Virus record (IMG/VR): IMGVR_UViG_3300044716_000883
Span: 96,001-160,000 of that record
DNA from: a virus
Length of the DNA stretch: 64,000 bases
Direction: 5' to 3' (one strand)
This document shows, in pieces, positions 18,923-28,095 of this stretch. How positions within the stretch are numbered: the first letter of the stretch is position 1; each line of letters begins with the position of its first letter. The position numbers were made by a program, and so were the translations under genes. Below the pieces are notes generated by a model. The model was not told where the DNA came from. It saw only the letters and a program-made list of their open reading frames with translations, and searched no databases.

Positions 18923-20176
18923 ATGAGAGATAGAAAACCCATACCTAAAAACCAATCTGAAATCACTCAGGCTGCCTTAAATGATGCTTATCTTACTTCA
19001 CGAGGTAAACCAACTATTGACTCTGCTACTCAAAGACACGAGAATAGAGCGTTACAAACTACTCGTAAAACTGATAAGGTAAAAGATATTTCTATTGGTT
19101 TAAAGGATATTGATTACGCTATCAAGTATTATTTTGATAATATCATTAAACCAACAGTAGTACAGGACGGACAAAAAATGGATGTTCCCATTAAATATGC
19201 TTCTCCTGAACGTTGGAAATCAGTACAACAAGATGGATACTATAGAGATACTAATGGTAAATTAGTACTGCCCATTATTATATATAAAAGAGATAATGTT
19301 GAAAAAAACCGTAGTTTAGGTAATAAAATAGATGGTAATGCCGCATCACTATTTCAAGTATTTGAAACTAGATACAACCAAAGAAACCAATACGATAAAT
19401 TTTCTATTTTAAATAATAGAATTCCATCAAAACAATACTATGTTTCTGTTGTACCTGATTATGTAACAATTACTTATTCTGTTTCTATATTTACAAACTA
19501 TGTAGAACAAAACAATAAAATTATTGAAGCAATAGAATTTGCTTCTGATTCATATTGGGGTGATGAAAATAAATGGCATTTTAGAACAACATTAGATAGT
19601 TTCTCTACTACAAACATTATTAACAGCGGTGAAGATAAAGCAGCAGTAACTACTGTTACTTTAAAAGTAAACGGATATTTAATTGCTGATAGTGTTAATA
19701 GTGCTTTAGCAAATACTAATATGCATTATTCACCAGCTCAAGTTGTATTTGGTTTAGAAACTACCCCAGATCTAAAGACTATTTCTCCTAAAACTCAAAT
19801 GCCTGAGAGTAATAGTGCTAGATCAACTTCATTTATTGGAGATGGAGTTAGTATAAGAAATACTATTGTTACTGGTGCCGCTCTTGCTGACTTAACATAT
19901 CTTAACACTAATAAAGCATTACTAGCTACATCAATTACGGCCCCTAATATTATTAATATCGCTGGAGCTAGTATCCTAGACCCCGCTCTTTCATCATCAT
20001 TACCAGCAACAACCATAAATAATTTTATTATTTACGCAAACGGAGTATTAATACCTTCTAGTTTAGCAACACTTGTTCCTTATAGTGGTGGTGTATCTAT
20101 TCAAATCAATATAGCAGCATTAGGATATCCACTACAACCTGATTATCAAGTAATAGTAATAGGTAAATTTCAATAA
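18923..20176 (+). CDS. tail terminator/sheath stabiliser (T4 gp15-like) with C-terminal beta domain
   Basis: VPIKYASPERWKSVQ, LPII, VPDYVTITYSVSIFTNYVEQNNKIIE; position after the neck genes. Confidence 0.7.
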   Translation: MRDRKPIPKNQSEITQAALNDAYLTSRGKPTIDSATQRHENRALQTTRKTDKVKDISIGLKDIDYAIKYYFDNIIKPTVVQDGQKMDVPIKYASPERWKSVQQDGYYRDTNGKLVLPIIIYKRDNVEKNRSLGNKIDGNAASLFQVFETRYNQRNQYDKFSILNNRIPSKQYYVSVVPDYVTITYSVSIFTNYVEQNNKIIEAIEFASDSYWGDENKWHFRTTLDSFSTTNIINSGEDKAAVTTVTLKVNGYLIADSVNSALANTNMHYSPAQVVFGLETTPDLKTISPKTQMPESNSARSTSFIGDGVSIRNTIVTGAALADLTYLNTNKALLATSITAPNIINIAGASILDPALSSSLPATTINNFIIYANGVLIPSSLATLVPYSGGVSIQINIAALGYPLQPDYQVIVIGKFQ

Positions 20177-20177
20177 A

Positions 20178-20507
20178 ATGGTAAGTAATAATGTATTAAA
20201 TTTTAATAGCTTCTTTGATACTGATATTCTTTCTTATGTGAATACTAACATAACTAAGACAGCAGATATTGTAACAGCACCAAACAAAGCTATTTTTACT
20301 GGCGCTAGTATACTTTTAGCACCTTCTATTTTACCACCAACATCTATTAGCAATTTTAATTTTTTTATTAACACTCAACATATTCCTTCATCCCAAGTTA
20401 CATTAGCATCTTATGTAGATCGTATAGAAATTACATTTGATACAAATCAAGTAGGTTTTACATTACTACCTAGCGATGAAGTAATAGCAATTGGTAAATT
20501 TCAATAA
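20178..20507 (+). CDS. stand-alone paralog of the gp15-like C-terminal domain
   Basis: LSYVNTN...TAPN...GASIL...IPSS...IGKFQ aligns with the last ~95 aa of 18923-20176. Confidence 0.65.
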   Translation: MVSNNVLNFNSFFDTDILSYVNTNITKTADIVTAPNKAIFTGASILLAPSILPPTSISNFNFFINTQHIPSSQVTLASYVDRIEITFDTNQVGFTLLPSDEVIAIGKFQ

Positions 20508-20509
20508 CA

Positions 20510-20713
20510 ATGGCATTAATTAGATTAGAACAAATATTATTACCTTTGCGCTACGATAGTGGAAGTGGTGTACTAGAACTTAAAGCGGATGCTGCTAAAA
20601 CTGCTAGCTTTACTGAATTTAGAGTAAGCGGCTCCATTGTATCTTCAGGCTCAGTTTATATTGTACAATCAGGCTCACTAGAAGGTAATCCAGTGGACGG
20701 GGGGTCATTCTAG
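20510..20713 (+). CDS. small virion protein ending DGGSF
   Basis: 67-aa ORF; DGGxF terminus is typical of fibre/baseplate-associated phage proteins. Confidence 0.5.
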   Translation: MALIRLEQILLPLRYDSGSGVLELKADAAKTASFTEFRVSGSIVSSGSVYIVQSGSLEGNPVDGGSF

Positions 20714-20782
20714 GTCATATTTATATGCGACTTATATAAGTCGTAGAATCCCGGTATATACCATTAAATAGGATCCATAGAT

Positions 20783-23700
20783 ATGGCAGTAAACATTAAA
20801 TTAAAACGCAGTGCCGTTCCTGGCAACGTTCCTGACACCTCTCAGTTAGAGTTAGGTGAAATAGCTCTTAATACCCACGACGGTAAAGCTTTCTTTAAAC
20901 AAGACGTTAATGGACTACAATCCATTGTAGAATTAGCTTCTTTTACTAGTGGCTCATCAGTCGCTTCAGCATCTTACGCTGCTTACGCTGATTATGCTGC
21001 TAATGCGGGGACCGCCAATACTGCTTCTTATGTTAATAACGCCATATCTTCTTCATTTGCCACAACAGCATCGTATGCTCCTGGATCAGATACAGCCACA
21101 AGTGCTTCTTATGCTGCAACAGCATCATCTGCTAACAATTTTTTAGTAAGAGGTACATTAACTGCTCAAACTATTGTTGCTCAATACATTACCTCTTCAA
21201 CAAGTTTTATTACAGGTTCTACTAAGTTTGGATCAATAATTTCAAATACTCATGAATTTACGGGTAGCATTAGTGTTAGTGGATCATTAGGAATAAATGG
21301 GATTGATTACGGAACAACATCAGCCTCTTTTGATACTCGTATTAATAATAATAGTTCAAGTATAGCAATACTTAGTGCTTCTCTTTTAGGAGAAACCGCA
21401 GCTATTTTTACTATTCTTTCTGGTCAAAGTAGTAGCATAAGTTCTTTAAGTTCTTCATTTTTAGCTTTTAGCAGTTCATATAATACAGGATCATTTAGTG
21501 GTTCCTTTAGTGGTTCCTTGTTTGGAAGTGCTAGTTGGGCTCTAGATGCTGTTGATACTATAAATGCTCCTAGATATACTTTAACATCTTCATTTCAAAA
21601 CTTTACACAATCTTATTATAGTGACAGTGCTTCTGTTAGTACAAGAGTAACAAATTTAGAACAATTTAGCTCTAGCTTAGATGCAACATTCGCAACGGAT
21701 GCTCAATTAAACGATGCTACTGCTTCATTAAGTGGATCTATATCATATCTAAGCGCTAGTTTCTTAATTGATAGTGCCTCATTCAATACTCGTATTAATA
21801 ATAACAGTTCAAGCATTGATTTATTAAGTGGAAGCTATTTGGCTTCAAGTTCATCGTTTGACACTCGCATTATCAATAATAGTTCAAGCATTGGTTTGTT
21901 GAGCGGTAGTTACTTAGCATCCTCCTCTTCATTTGACACTCGCATTATCAACAATAGCTCAAGTATTGCTTTATTAAGTGGTAGTTATTTAGCTGATTCT
22001 TCGTCATTTGATACCCGTATCTTAAACAATAGTTCAAGCATCGGTTTACTAAGCGGAAGTTACTTAGCTTCAAGTGCATCGTTTGACACTCGTATTATTA
22101 ATAACAGTTCTAGCATCGGTTTATTGAGTGGTAGCTATTTGGCTTCAAGTGCATCATTTGACACTCGTATTATTAATAATAGTTCAAGCATTGCTTTATT
22201 AAGTGGCTCTTACTTATCAGATAGTGCCTCTTTCAACACTCGTATTAACAATAATAGCTCTAGTATTGGGTTGTTAAGCGGTAGCTATTTAGCTTCAAGT
22301 GCTTCATTCGATACAAGAATACTTAACAACAGCAGCTCCATTGGATCTCTATCAGGCAGTTTCTTAAGTGTTAGTTCTTCTAACTCAACTAGAATATCTA
22401 ATCTAGAACAATTTAGCTCATCATTAGATACAATATTTGCTACTGATGCTGATTTAAATGCCTTAAGTTCTAGTTTCAATACATTCTCTAGCTCAATTAA
22501 TAGTTGGACTGGTTCTTCAACTTCACAATTTGGAGGTACAGCATCTTATTCTAACACTTCTATAAGTGCTTCTTATGCTGCAACAGCATCCTCAGCAGAT
22601 AACTTTTTAGTAAGAGGAACTCTTACAGCACAAACAATTATAGCCCAATATATTACTTCATCAGTTGAATTTGTAACTGGATCTACACATTTTGGAACAA
22701 CAATTGATAACACACATCAATTTACAGGTAGTGTTAGTATTAGTGGTTCATTAGGAATAAATGGTATTGACTATGCTTCAACATCAGCTTCATTTGATAC
22801 AAGAATATTAAACAATAGTAGTTCTATTGGTTTACTAAGCGGAAGCTACTTGGCTTCTTCTTCATCATTCGATACTCGTATTATCAATAATAGTAGCAGT
22901 ATCGGTCTTTTAAGTGGTAGTTATTTGGCTAGTTCTGCGTCATTTGACACTAGAATTTTAAATAACAGCTCTAGCATTGGTTTGCTAAGCGGCAGTTACT
23001 TAGCTTCAAGCGCATCCTTTGACACTCGTATCTTGAACAATAGTTCAAGTATTGGTTTGCTAAGCGGCAGTTACTTAGCTGATAGTGCTTCATTCGATAC
23101 AAGAATACTTAATAATAGTTCAAGTATAGGGTCTCTATCAGGTAGTTTCTTAAGCGTTAGTTCTTCTAACTCAATAAGAATAACAGACTTAGAAGCATTT
23201 AGTTCATCATTAGATGCAACGTATGCAACTGATGCTCAATTAAATGCAGCTACTGCTTCATTAAGTAGCTCAATAGCAATATTATCTTCTTCATATACTT
23301 CTTTTAGCAGTTCATTCTCTACAGGTTCCTTTACTGGTTCTTTCAATGGAGATTTTACAGGATCATTAAATAATCTACAAGGTACAGCTAGACATATTCC
23401 ATTCTTTAGTTCATCTCAAGTATTGGATGATAGTTCAATATATCAAGTTGGTAATGAAAGTGTTGCTATTAATCAAAATGCTGTTACGTCAGCAGCTCCT
23501 GAAGCATTATATGTTTGGCAACCAAATACATCTTCATTCAATGTAATTAGTGGTAAAGGTAATCTAGATAACTACCTACAATTAAACATCCAGAATACCA
23601 ATCAAGGATCTACAGCATCATCTGACATTGTAGCTACAGCAAATAACGGTAACGAATTTAGTAACTACATTAATATGGGTATCAACAGTGAAAACTTTAG

Positions 23701-26700
23701 TGGTTTTCTTGGTGGGCCTAATGATGCTTATTTATTTTCTACTGGTAGTGAGTTTCATATTGGTAATATCACCCCAGGTAAACACTTAGGTTTCTTTGTA
23801 GGTGGTGGAGATGTAGATACAGGTAATAAATTTGCTTTATATCCTACAAACCAACACCAAATGACTGGTTCATTAGATGTAAGTGGTAGTGTAAAAGCAT
23901 TTTCATTTACTGGTTCTTTATTTGGAACTGCTAGTTGGGCTAATAATGCTATAACAGCATCTTATGCTTTAAATGCTATAAGTGCTTCATTTGCATCAAG
24001 TGGTTTAGGAGTATTTAGTGGATCATTTAGTGGATCATTCTTCGGTAATGGAGGTGGTTTAACAAATATACCTGCTTCAAGCGTTGTAGGATTAAATTTA
24101 TCTCAAATTTCTTCTGGTAGTGTAACTGCTTCTGTAGACCCAGCTTATGGATTTAAAGTAAACAGCAACACAACTATTTCAGGTTCAACCCAAATAACTG
24201 GATCTTTAGGTGTAACAGGATCTGTTAGTATAGCAGGAACAGGTACAGTATTATCCGCTAATGTAGATACAATCGTATTTACAGGTTCATTTGCTCAATC
24301 AGGATCAGTAACAGTAAACGGTAATATTACTTCTACTGGTACTATTACAGCTCAAACATTAAATGTTCAAACTATAACATCATCTGTTAGTTTTATAACA
24401 GGATCATCTAAGTTTGGATCAATAATTTCAAATACACATCAATTTACGGGTAGTATTTTAGTGAGTGGATCTTTAGCTGTTAATGATTCTAACGTTATTT
24501 TAACTAACCAGACATCATCAATGTCTGTGCTAAGTGCTTCATTTGCATCAACCGCATCATATGTTACTTTAGCTCAAACTGCATCATATATTACTTTAGC
24601 TCAAACATCATCTTATGTAACATTAGCTCAAACAGCTTCATACGTAGCAAATGCTCAAACTGCATCTTATGTATTAAATGCTGTAAGTGCTTCATATGCA
24701 TCAAATGCAGATTTACTAGATGGTAAAGACAGTACTATATTTGCAACTACAGGTTCAAATACATTTATAGGCACTCAAATAGTAACTGGAAGTTTATTTA
24801 CTAGTGGATCAAATTCATTAGTAGGAAACACTATATTAGATGGTACTATTGGAATTAACGGAAACTCAACTTTAACAGGTTCATTCCTAGTATCAGGTTC
24901 TACTACTCAAATAGGAAATAATACCCTAATAGGTAATACCTCATTAACAGGCTCATTTAAAATATCAGGTAGCGAGACTGTTACAGGATATATTCAATTT
25001 GAACCTGTAACAACAAACATTGATACATCAATATCTGCTTCATATATTTTTGTAAGTGGATCTACAAAGGACTTATATTTTAGCCAAAATAGTGCTGGAT
25101 ATAGTAATGTAACTCGTTTACGTTGGTTAGAAGGTAATTTATATACTGGTCTATTAAATGGTGGTTTAATTACTACTCAATCTTCTACTGTTTATCAAAT
25201 TGGTAGTGGTAGTGGTATTATTGTAGATTTAAACGCATCATTAAATGATAATCCATACCCAACAATCCAATACTTAAGTTGGGGAAATCTATCAGCTAGT
25301 ATTGCTCCTTTAACAGCATCATATCAACAAGCATTTGTTGGTATTGATTCATCAAACAACATTTACGCTCAAGGAATACCTTTTAGTAATGGTCAGTTTG
25401 ATACTATAATAAACATTGGTAACGTATTATTCCAAAACCAATCTACAATTAATGGTGTTAAAACTCAACCTTCTGTAGCTTATGGTTTTGAACAACAACA
25501 AAATGTATTTAATAGAGCATTCGGACCATTAAAATTATCAGGATATACTTTAGCACCTAGTGGATCTAGTACACGCGGTTTATTAGTAGGAAGTGGTACA
25601 GCTTATTCTCCAGGATCTAACTACGTTATAGATCCAAATGAACCTTATTACACAACTGATTCTGGTACTAGTGTATCAAAAATATTTAGATATTACCAAT
25701 CAGGATCTAGTTGGGTTTATTTAACAAACGCAGGTGCTGGATATACAGCAATTGATCCAACTCAATATTCTAATAATGGTACTTTATCAGGTGTAGCTAA
25801 TGGTGAATGGTCAATCCAACGTGTATTTTGGTTCCCTAACTCCGTTACAAAAGCTATAGTAGTTTATTATGGTAATACAGTATTTGCAACTGAAGCAGAA
25901 GCTATTGCTAATATCAACATAGAATCATTTGTTGAAGCACCTAATACCGCAGCTAACGCTATATATTTAGGTAGTATTGTAATTAAAGGAAATGGTGTGT
26001 TTACTGCACCTACCGAATTTACAATAGTACCTGGAGGCTTATTTAGACAAGTAGGAGGAACTGGTGGTGGTGGTTCGGTAATCACACAAACTCTATCAGG
26101 TTTATCTGATGTATTAATATCAGGCCCTACAAGTGGTCAAGCTTTAGTGTATGATTCTACAGCGGCTAAATGGGAAAATAAATCATTTATTAGTGCTTCT
26201 ATCTCAGGAAATGCTGCAACCGCAACAACTGCATCATACGCAGCAAACGTTCCTGAAACAGCATCTTATGCACTATCTGCCAACTCAGCTTCATACGCTA
26301 TAACGGCTTCATATGTTAGTCCTTACACCGAGATACTTTCAGCATCGTTTGCAACAACAGCGTCATATGTTAGTCCTTATACGACGATAATTTCATCTTC
26401 GTTTGCAACAACAGCATCATTTGCTTCAACTGTTAATTACGATAACCTTATAAGATCAGCTTCATTTGCTGAAACCGCTTCATACGTTAGTCCGTATACA
26501 ACAATAATTTCATCGTCATTCGCAACTACCGCCTCATACGTTAGTCCGTATACAGAAATATTTTCAGCATCGTTTGCAACAACAGCATCATATGCTTCAA
26601 CTGTTAACTATGACAATCTTATAAGATCGGCTTCGTTTGCTGAAACAGCGTCATATGTTAGTCCTTATACAATAATACTATCATCTTCGTTTGCTGAAAC

Positions 26701-27892
26701 AGCGTCATATGTTAGTCCTTACACAGAAATAATATCGTCATCATTTGCTACTACAGCATCATATGCTTCAAATATCAATTATGATAATCTTATAAGATCG
26801 GCTTCATTTGCTGAAACAGCTTCATTTGCCTCAACATCTTCATATTCAAATAATATAGTAGGCGCTGCAAATTACATTCCTAAATTTACTGGAGGTAATA
26901 CTTTAAGTAGCAGTATAATGTATGAAAATGCTAGTGGTATTGGTATTAATAATATTTCTCCATCCCATAAATTACAAGTAAGTGGAGATGCTGCTGTAGC
27001 CAACACCAACAGTACTTTAAATACAACTAAATATGCTTTATTATCTGGACTTCAATTAACATCCACGGGTACAGAATCAAACCAATATGCTAATGTTGGT
27101 GTGTATGGAGCATTAGGATTTTCAGCAACATCATCAACTTTTACTCCATCAGATAAATCGTTTACAAGTGCAGTCTTAGGTCAATTTGGTAAAAGTGGAA
27201 ATGGAAATATTTCTGGTAAAGTATCTTCATTTGCTTCTGCATTTGATCTTGCAGGTGGTGGTAACGTAACAACAATGGCTGGATTTAGAGCTTATGCTCC
27301 TCTTCAATCATTTGCTTTACCATCATTTACAGGTACTATAACAAACTACATTGGTTTATTAGTAGATGATATTACAGGAACTACGGATGTAGATTCTCAA
27401 ATCACTAACAAATATGGTATTTTCCAATCAGGATCTCTTGATAAAAACTACTTTGCAGGTTCAACAACATTCGCAGGTGGTGTTACCGGATCTTTACTTG
27501 GAACTGCAACCACTGCTTCATACGCAGCAACTGCATCATTTTCACAAAACCTAACAGTAGGAAGTTCATTAACTATTGATCAAACATTAACTGATTATGC
27601 TACAGTAGCATCATCAACTGTTGGATCAAATAACCTATTTACTCAAACTGTTGGTTCTTATACATCAGCATTCTTTAAATACACCGTATCAAATGGTGGT
27701 AACACAAGAGCTGGTGAAGTAATAGCAGCTTGGAATGGTACTACAGCAGAATTTACAGATTTCTCAACAGTAGATATAGGTAATACTACAGCAGTAACTG
27801 CTTCAATATCAATAGTATCAGGACAAGTACAATTCAACGTTCAAACTAACAGTTCAGGATGGAGAATTAAATCATTAGCAACATTCATGTAA
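20783..27892 (+). CDS. giant Ser/Thr-rich tail fibre/adhesin (2369 aa)
   Basis: N-terminal IKLKRSAVPG...LELGEIALNTHDGKAF fibre-attachment-type domain (Mtd_N-like); several tandem repeat arrays. Confidence 0.8.
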   Translation: MAVNIKLKRSAVPGNVPDTSQLELGEIALNTHDGKAFFKQDVNGLQSIVELASFTSGSSVASASYAAYADYAANAGTANTASYVNNAISSSFATTASYAPGSDTATSASYAATASSANNFLVRGTLTAQTIVAQYITSSTSFITGSTKFGSIISNTHEFTGSISVSGSLGINGIDYGTTSASFDTRINNNSSSIAILSASLLGETAAIFTILSGQSSSISSLSSSFLAFSSSYNTGSFSGSFSGSLFGSASWALDAVDTINAPRYTLTSSFQNFTQSYYSDSASVSTRVTNLEQFSSSLDATFATDAQLNDATASLSGSISYLSASFLIDSASFNTRINNNSSSIDLLSGSYLASSSSFDTRIINNSSSIGLLSGSYLASSSSFDTRIINNSSSIALLSGSYLADSSSFDTRILNNSSSIGLLSGSYLASSASFDTRIINNSSSIGLLSGSYLASSASFDTRIINNSSSIALLSGSYLSDSASFNTRINNNSSSIGLLSGSYLASSASFDTRILNNSSSIGSLSGSFLSVSSSNSTRISNLEQFSSSLDTIFATDADLNALSSSFNTFSSSINSWTGSSTSQFGGTASYSNTSISASYAATASSADNFLVRGTLTAQTIIAQYITSSVEFVTGSTHFGTTIDNTHQFTGSVSISGSLGINGIDYASTSASFDTRILNNSSSIGLLSGSYLASSSSFDTRIINNSSSIGLLSGSYLASSASFDTRILNNSSSIGLLSGSYLASSASFDTRILNNSSSIGLLSGSYLADSASFDTRILNNSSSIGSLSGSFLSVSSSNSIRITDLEAFSSSLDATYATDAQLNAATASLSSSIAILSSSYTSFSSSFSTGSFTGSFNGDFTGSLNNLQGTARHIPFFSSSQVLDDSSIYQVGNESVAINQNAVTSAAPEALYVWQPNTSSFNVISGKGNLDNYLQLNIQNTNQGSTASSDIVATANNGNEFSNYINMGINSENFSGFLGGPNDAYLFSTGSEFHIGNITPGKHLGFFVGGGDVDTGNKFALYPTNQHQMTGSLDVSGSVKAFSFTGSLFGTASWANNAITASYALNAISASFASSGLGVFSGSFSGSFFGNGGGLTNIPASSVVGLNLSQISSGSVTASVDPAYGFKVNSNTTISGSTQITGSLGVTGSVSIAGTGTVLSANVDTIVFTGSFAQSGSVTVNGNITSTGTITAQTLNVQTITSSVSFITGSSKFGSIISNTHQFTGSILVSGSLAVNDSNVILTNQTSSMSVLSASFASTASYVTLAQTASYITLAQTSSYVTLAQTASYVANAQTASYVLNAVSASYASNADLLDGKDSTIFATTGSNTFIGTQIVTGSLFTSGSNSLVGNTILDGTIGINGNSTLTGSFLVSGSTTQIGNNTLIGNTSLTGSFKISGSETVTGYIQFEPVTTNIDTSISASYIFVSGSTKDLYFSQNSAGYSNVTRLRWLEGNLYTGLLNGGLITTQSSTVYQIGSGSGIIVDLNASLNDNPYPTIQYLSWGNLSASIAPLTASYQQAFVGIDSSNNIYAQGIPFSNGQFDTIINIGNVLFQNQSTINGVKTQPSVAYGFEQQQNVFNRAFGPLKLSGYTLAPSGSSTRGLLVGSGTAYSPGSNYVIDPNEPYYTTDSGTSVSKIFRYYQSGSSWVYLTNAGAGYTAIDPTQYSNNGTLSGVANGEWSIQRVFWFPNSVTKAIVVYYGNTVFATEAEAIANINIESFVEAPNTAANAIYLGSIVIKGNGVFTAPTEFTIVPGGLFRQVGGTGGGGSVITQTLSGLSDVLISGPTSGQALVYDSTAAKWENKSFISASISGNAATATTASYAANVPETASYALSANSASYAITASYVSPYTEILSASFATTASYVSPYTTIISSSFATTASFASTVNYDNLIRSASFAETASYVSPYTTIISSSFATTASYVSPYTEIFSASFATTASYASTVNYDNLIRSASFAETASYVSPYTIILSSSFAETASYVSPYTEIISSSFATTASYASNINYDNLIRSASFAETASFASTSSYSNNIVGAANYIPKFTGGNTLSSSIMYENASGIGINNISPSHKLQVSGDAAVANTNSTLNTTKYALLSGLQLTSTGTESNQYANVGVYGALGFSATSSTFTPSDKSFTSAVLGQFGKSGNGNISGKVSSFASAFDLAGGGNVTTMAGFRAYAPLQSFALPSFTGTITNYIGLLVDDITGTTDVDSQITNKYGIFQSGSLDKNYFAGSTTFAGGVTGSLLGTATTASYAATASFSQNLTVGSSLTIDQTLTDYATVASSTVGSNNLFTQTVGSYTSAFFKYTVSNGGNTRAGEVIAAWNGTTAEFTDFSTVDIGNTTAVTASISIVSGQVQFNVQTNSSGWRIKSLATFM
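21785..22384 (+). repeat. coding tandem repeat, 8 x 75 bp (25 aa DTRIINNSSSIGLLSGSYLASSASF)
   Basis: Counted from the translation; synonymous sites differ between units. Confidence 0.9.
22796..23170 (+). repeat. coding tandem repeat, 5 x 75 bp (same 25-aa unit)
   Basis: Counted from the translation. Confidence 0.9.
24554..24688 (+). repeat. coding tandem repeat, ~5 x 27 bp (ASYVTLAQT)
   Basis: ASYVTLAQT ASYITLAQT SSYVTLAQT ASYVANAQT ASYVLNAVS. Confidence 0.8.
26306..26818 (+). repeat. higher-order coding repeat, 3 x 171 bp (18+18+21 aa)
   Basis: [ASYVSPYTxIxSxSFAxT]x2 + ASxASxxNYDNLIRSASFAET, repeated three times. Confidence 0.88.
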
Positions 27893-27906
27893 TAAAAATA
27901 AAAATT

Positions 27907-28083
27907 ATGTATATAGTACAAATGCAATTCATCCCAGGAAACGATCAAATTTGGGTAGAAAAATTAAACCCAACTGATCCTATCTATCAGTATGATAATG
28001 AAGCTGAAGCACAAGCTAAAGCAACTGAATTACAAAATGCGGATGAAACTGGTAGAAAATATCGTGTTGTCCAATTAAACTAA
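27907..28083 (+). CDS. 58-aa protein after the giant fibre, possible fibre assembly factor (not in ORF track)
   Basis: MYIVQMQFIPGNDQIWVEKLNPTDPIYQYDNEAEAQAKATELQNADETGRKYRVVQLN fills the gap exactly. Confidence 0.65.
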   Translation: MYIVQMQFIPGNDQIWVEKLNPTDPIYQYDNEAEAQAKATELQNADETGRKYRVVQLN

Positions 28084-28095
28084 ATTAATTAAGTT

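Noticed and set aside
21785-23170. 75-bp repeats as a CRISPR array
   Set aside because: Units are contiguous, in-frame and codon-degenerate, with no unique spacers and no cas genes.
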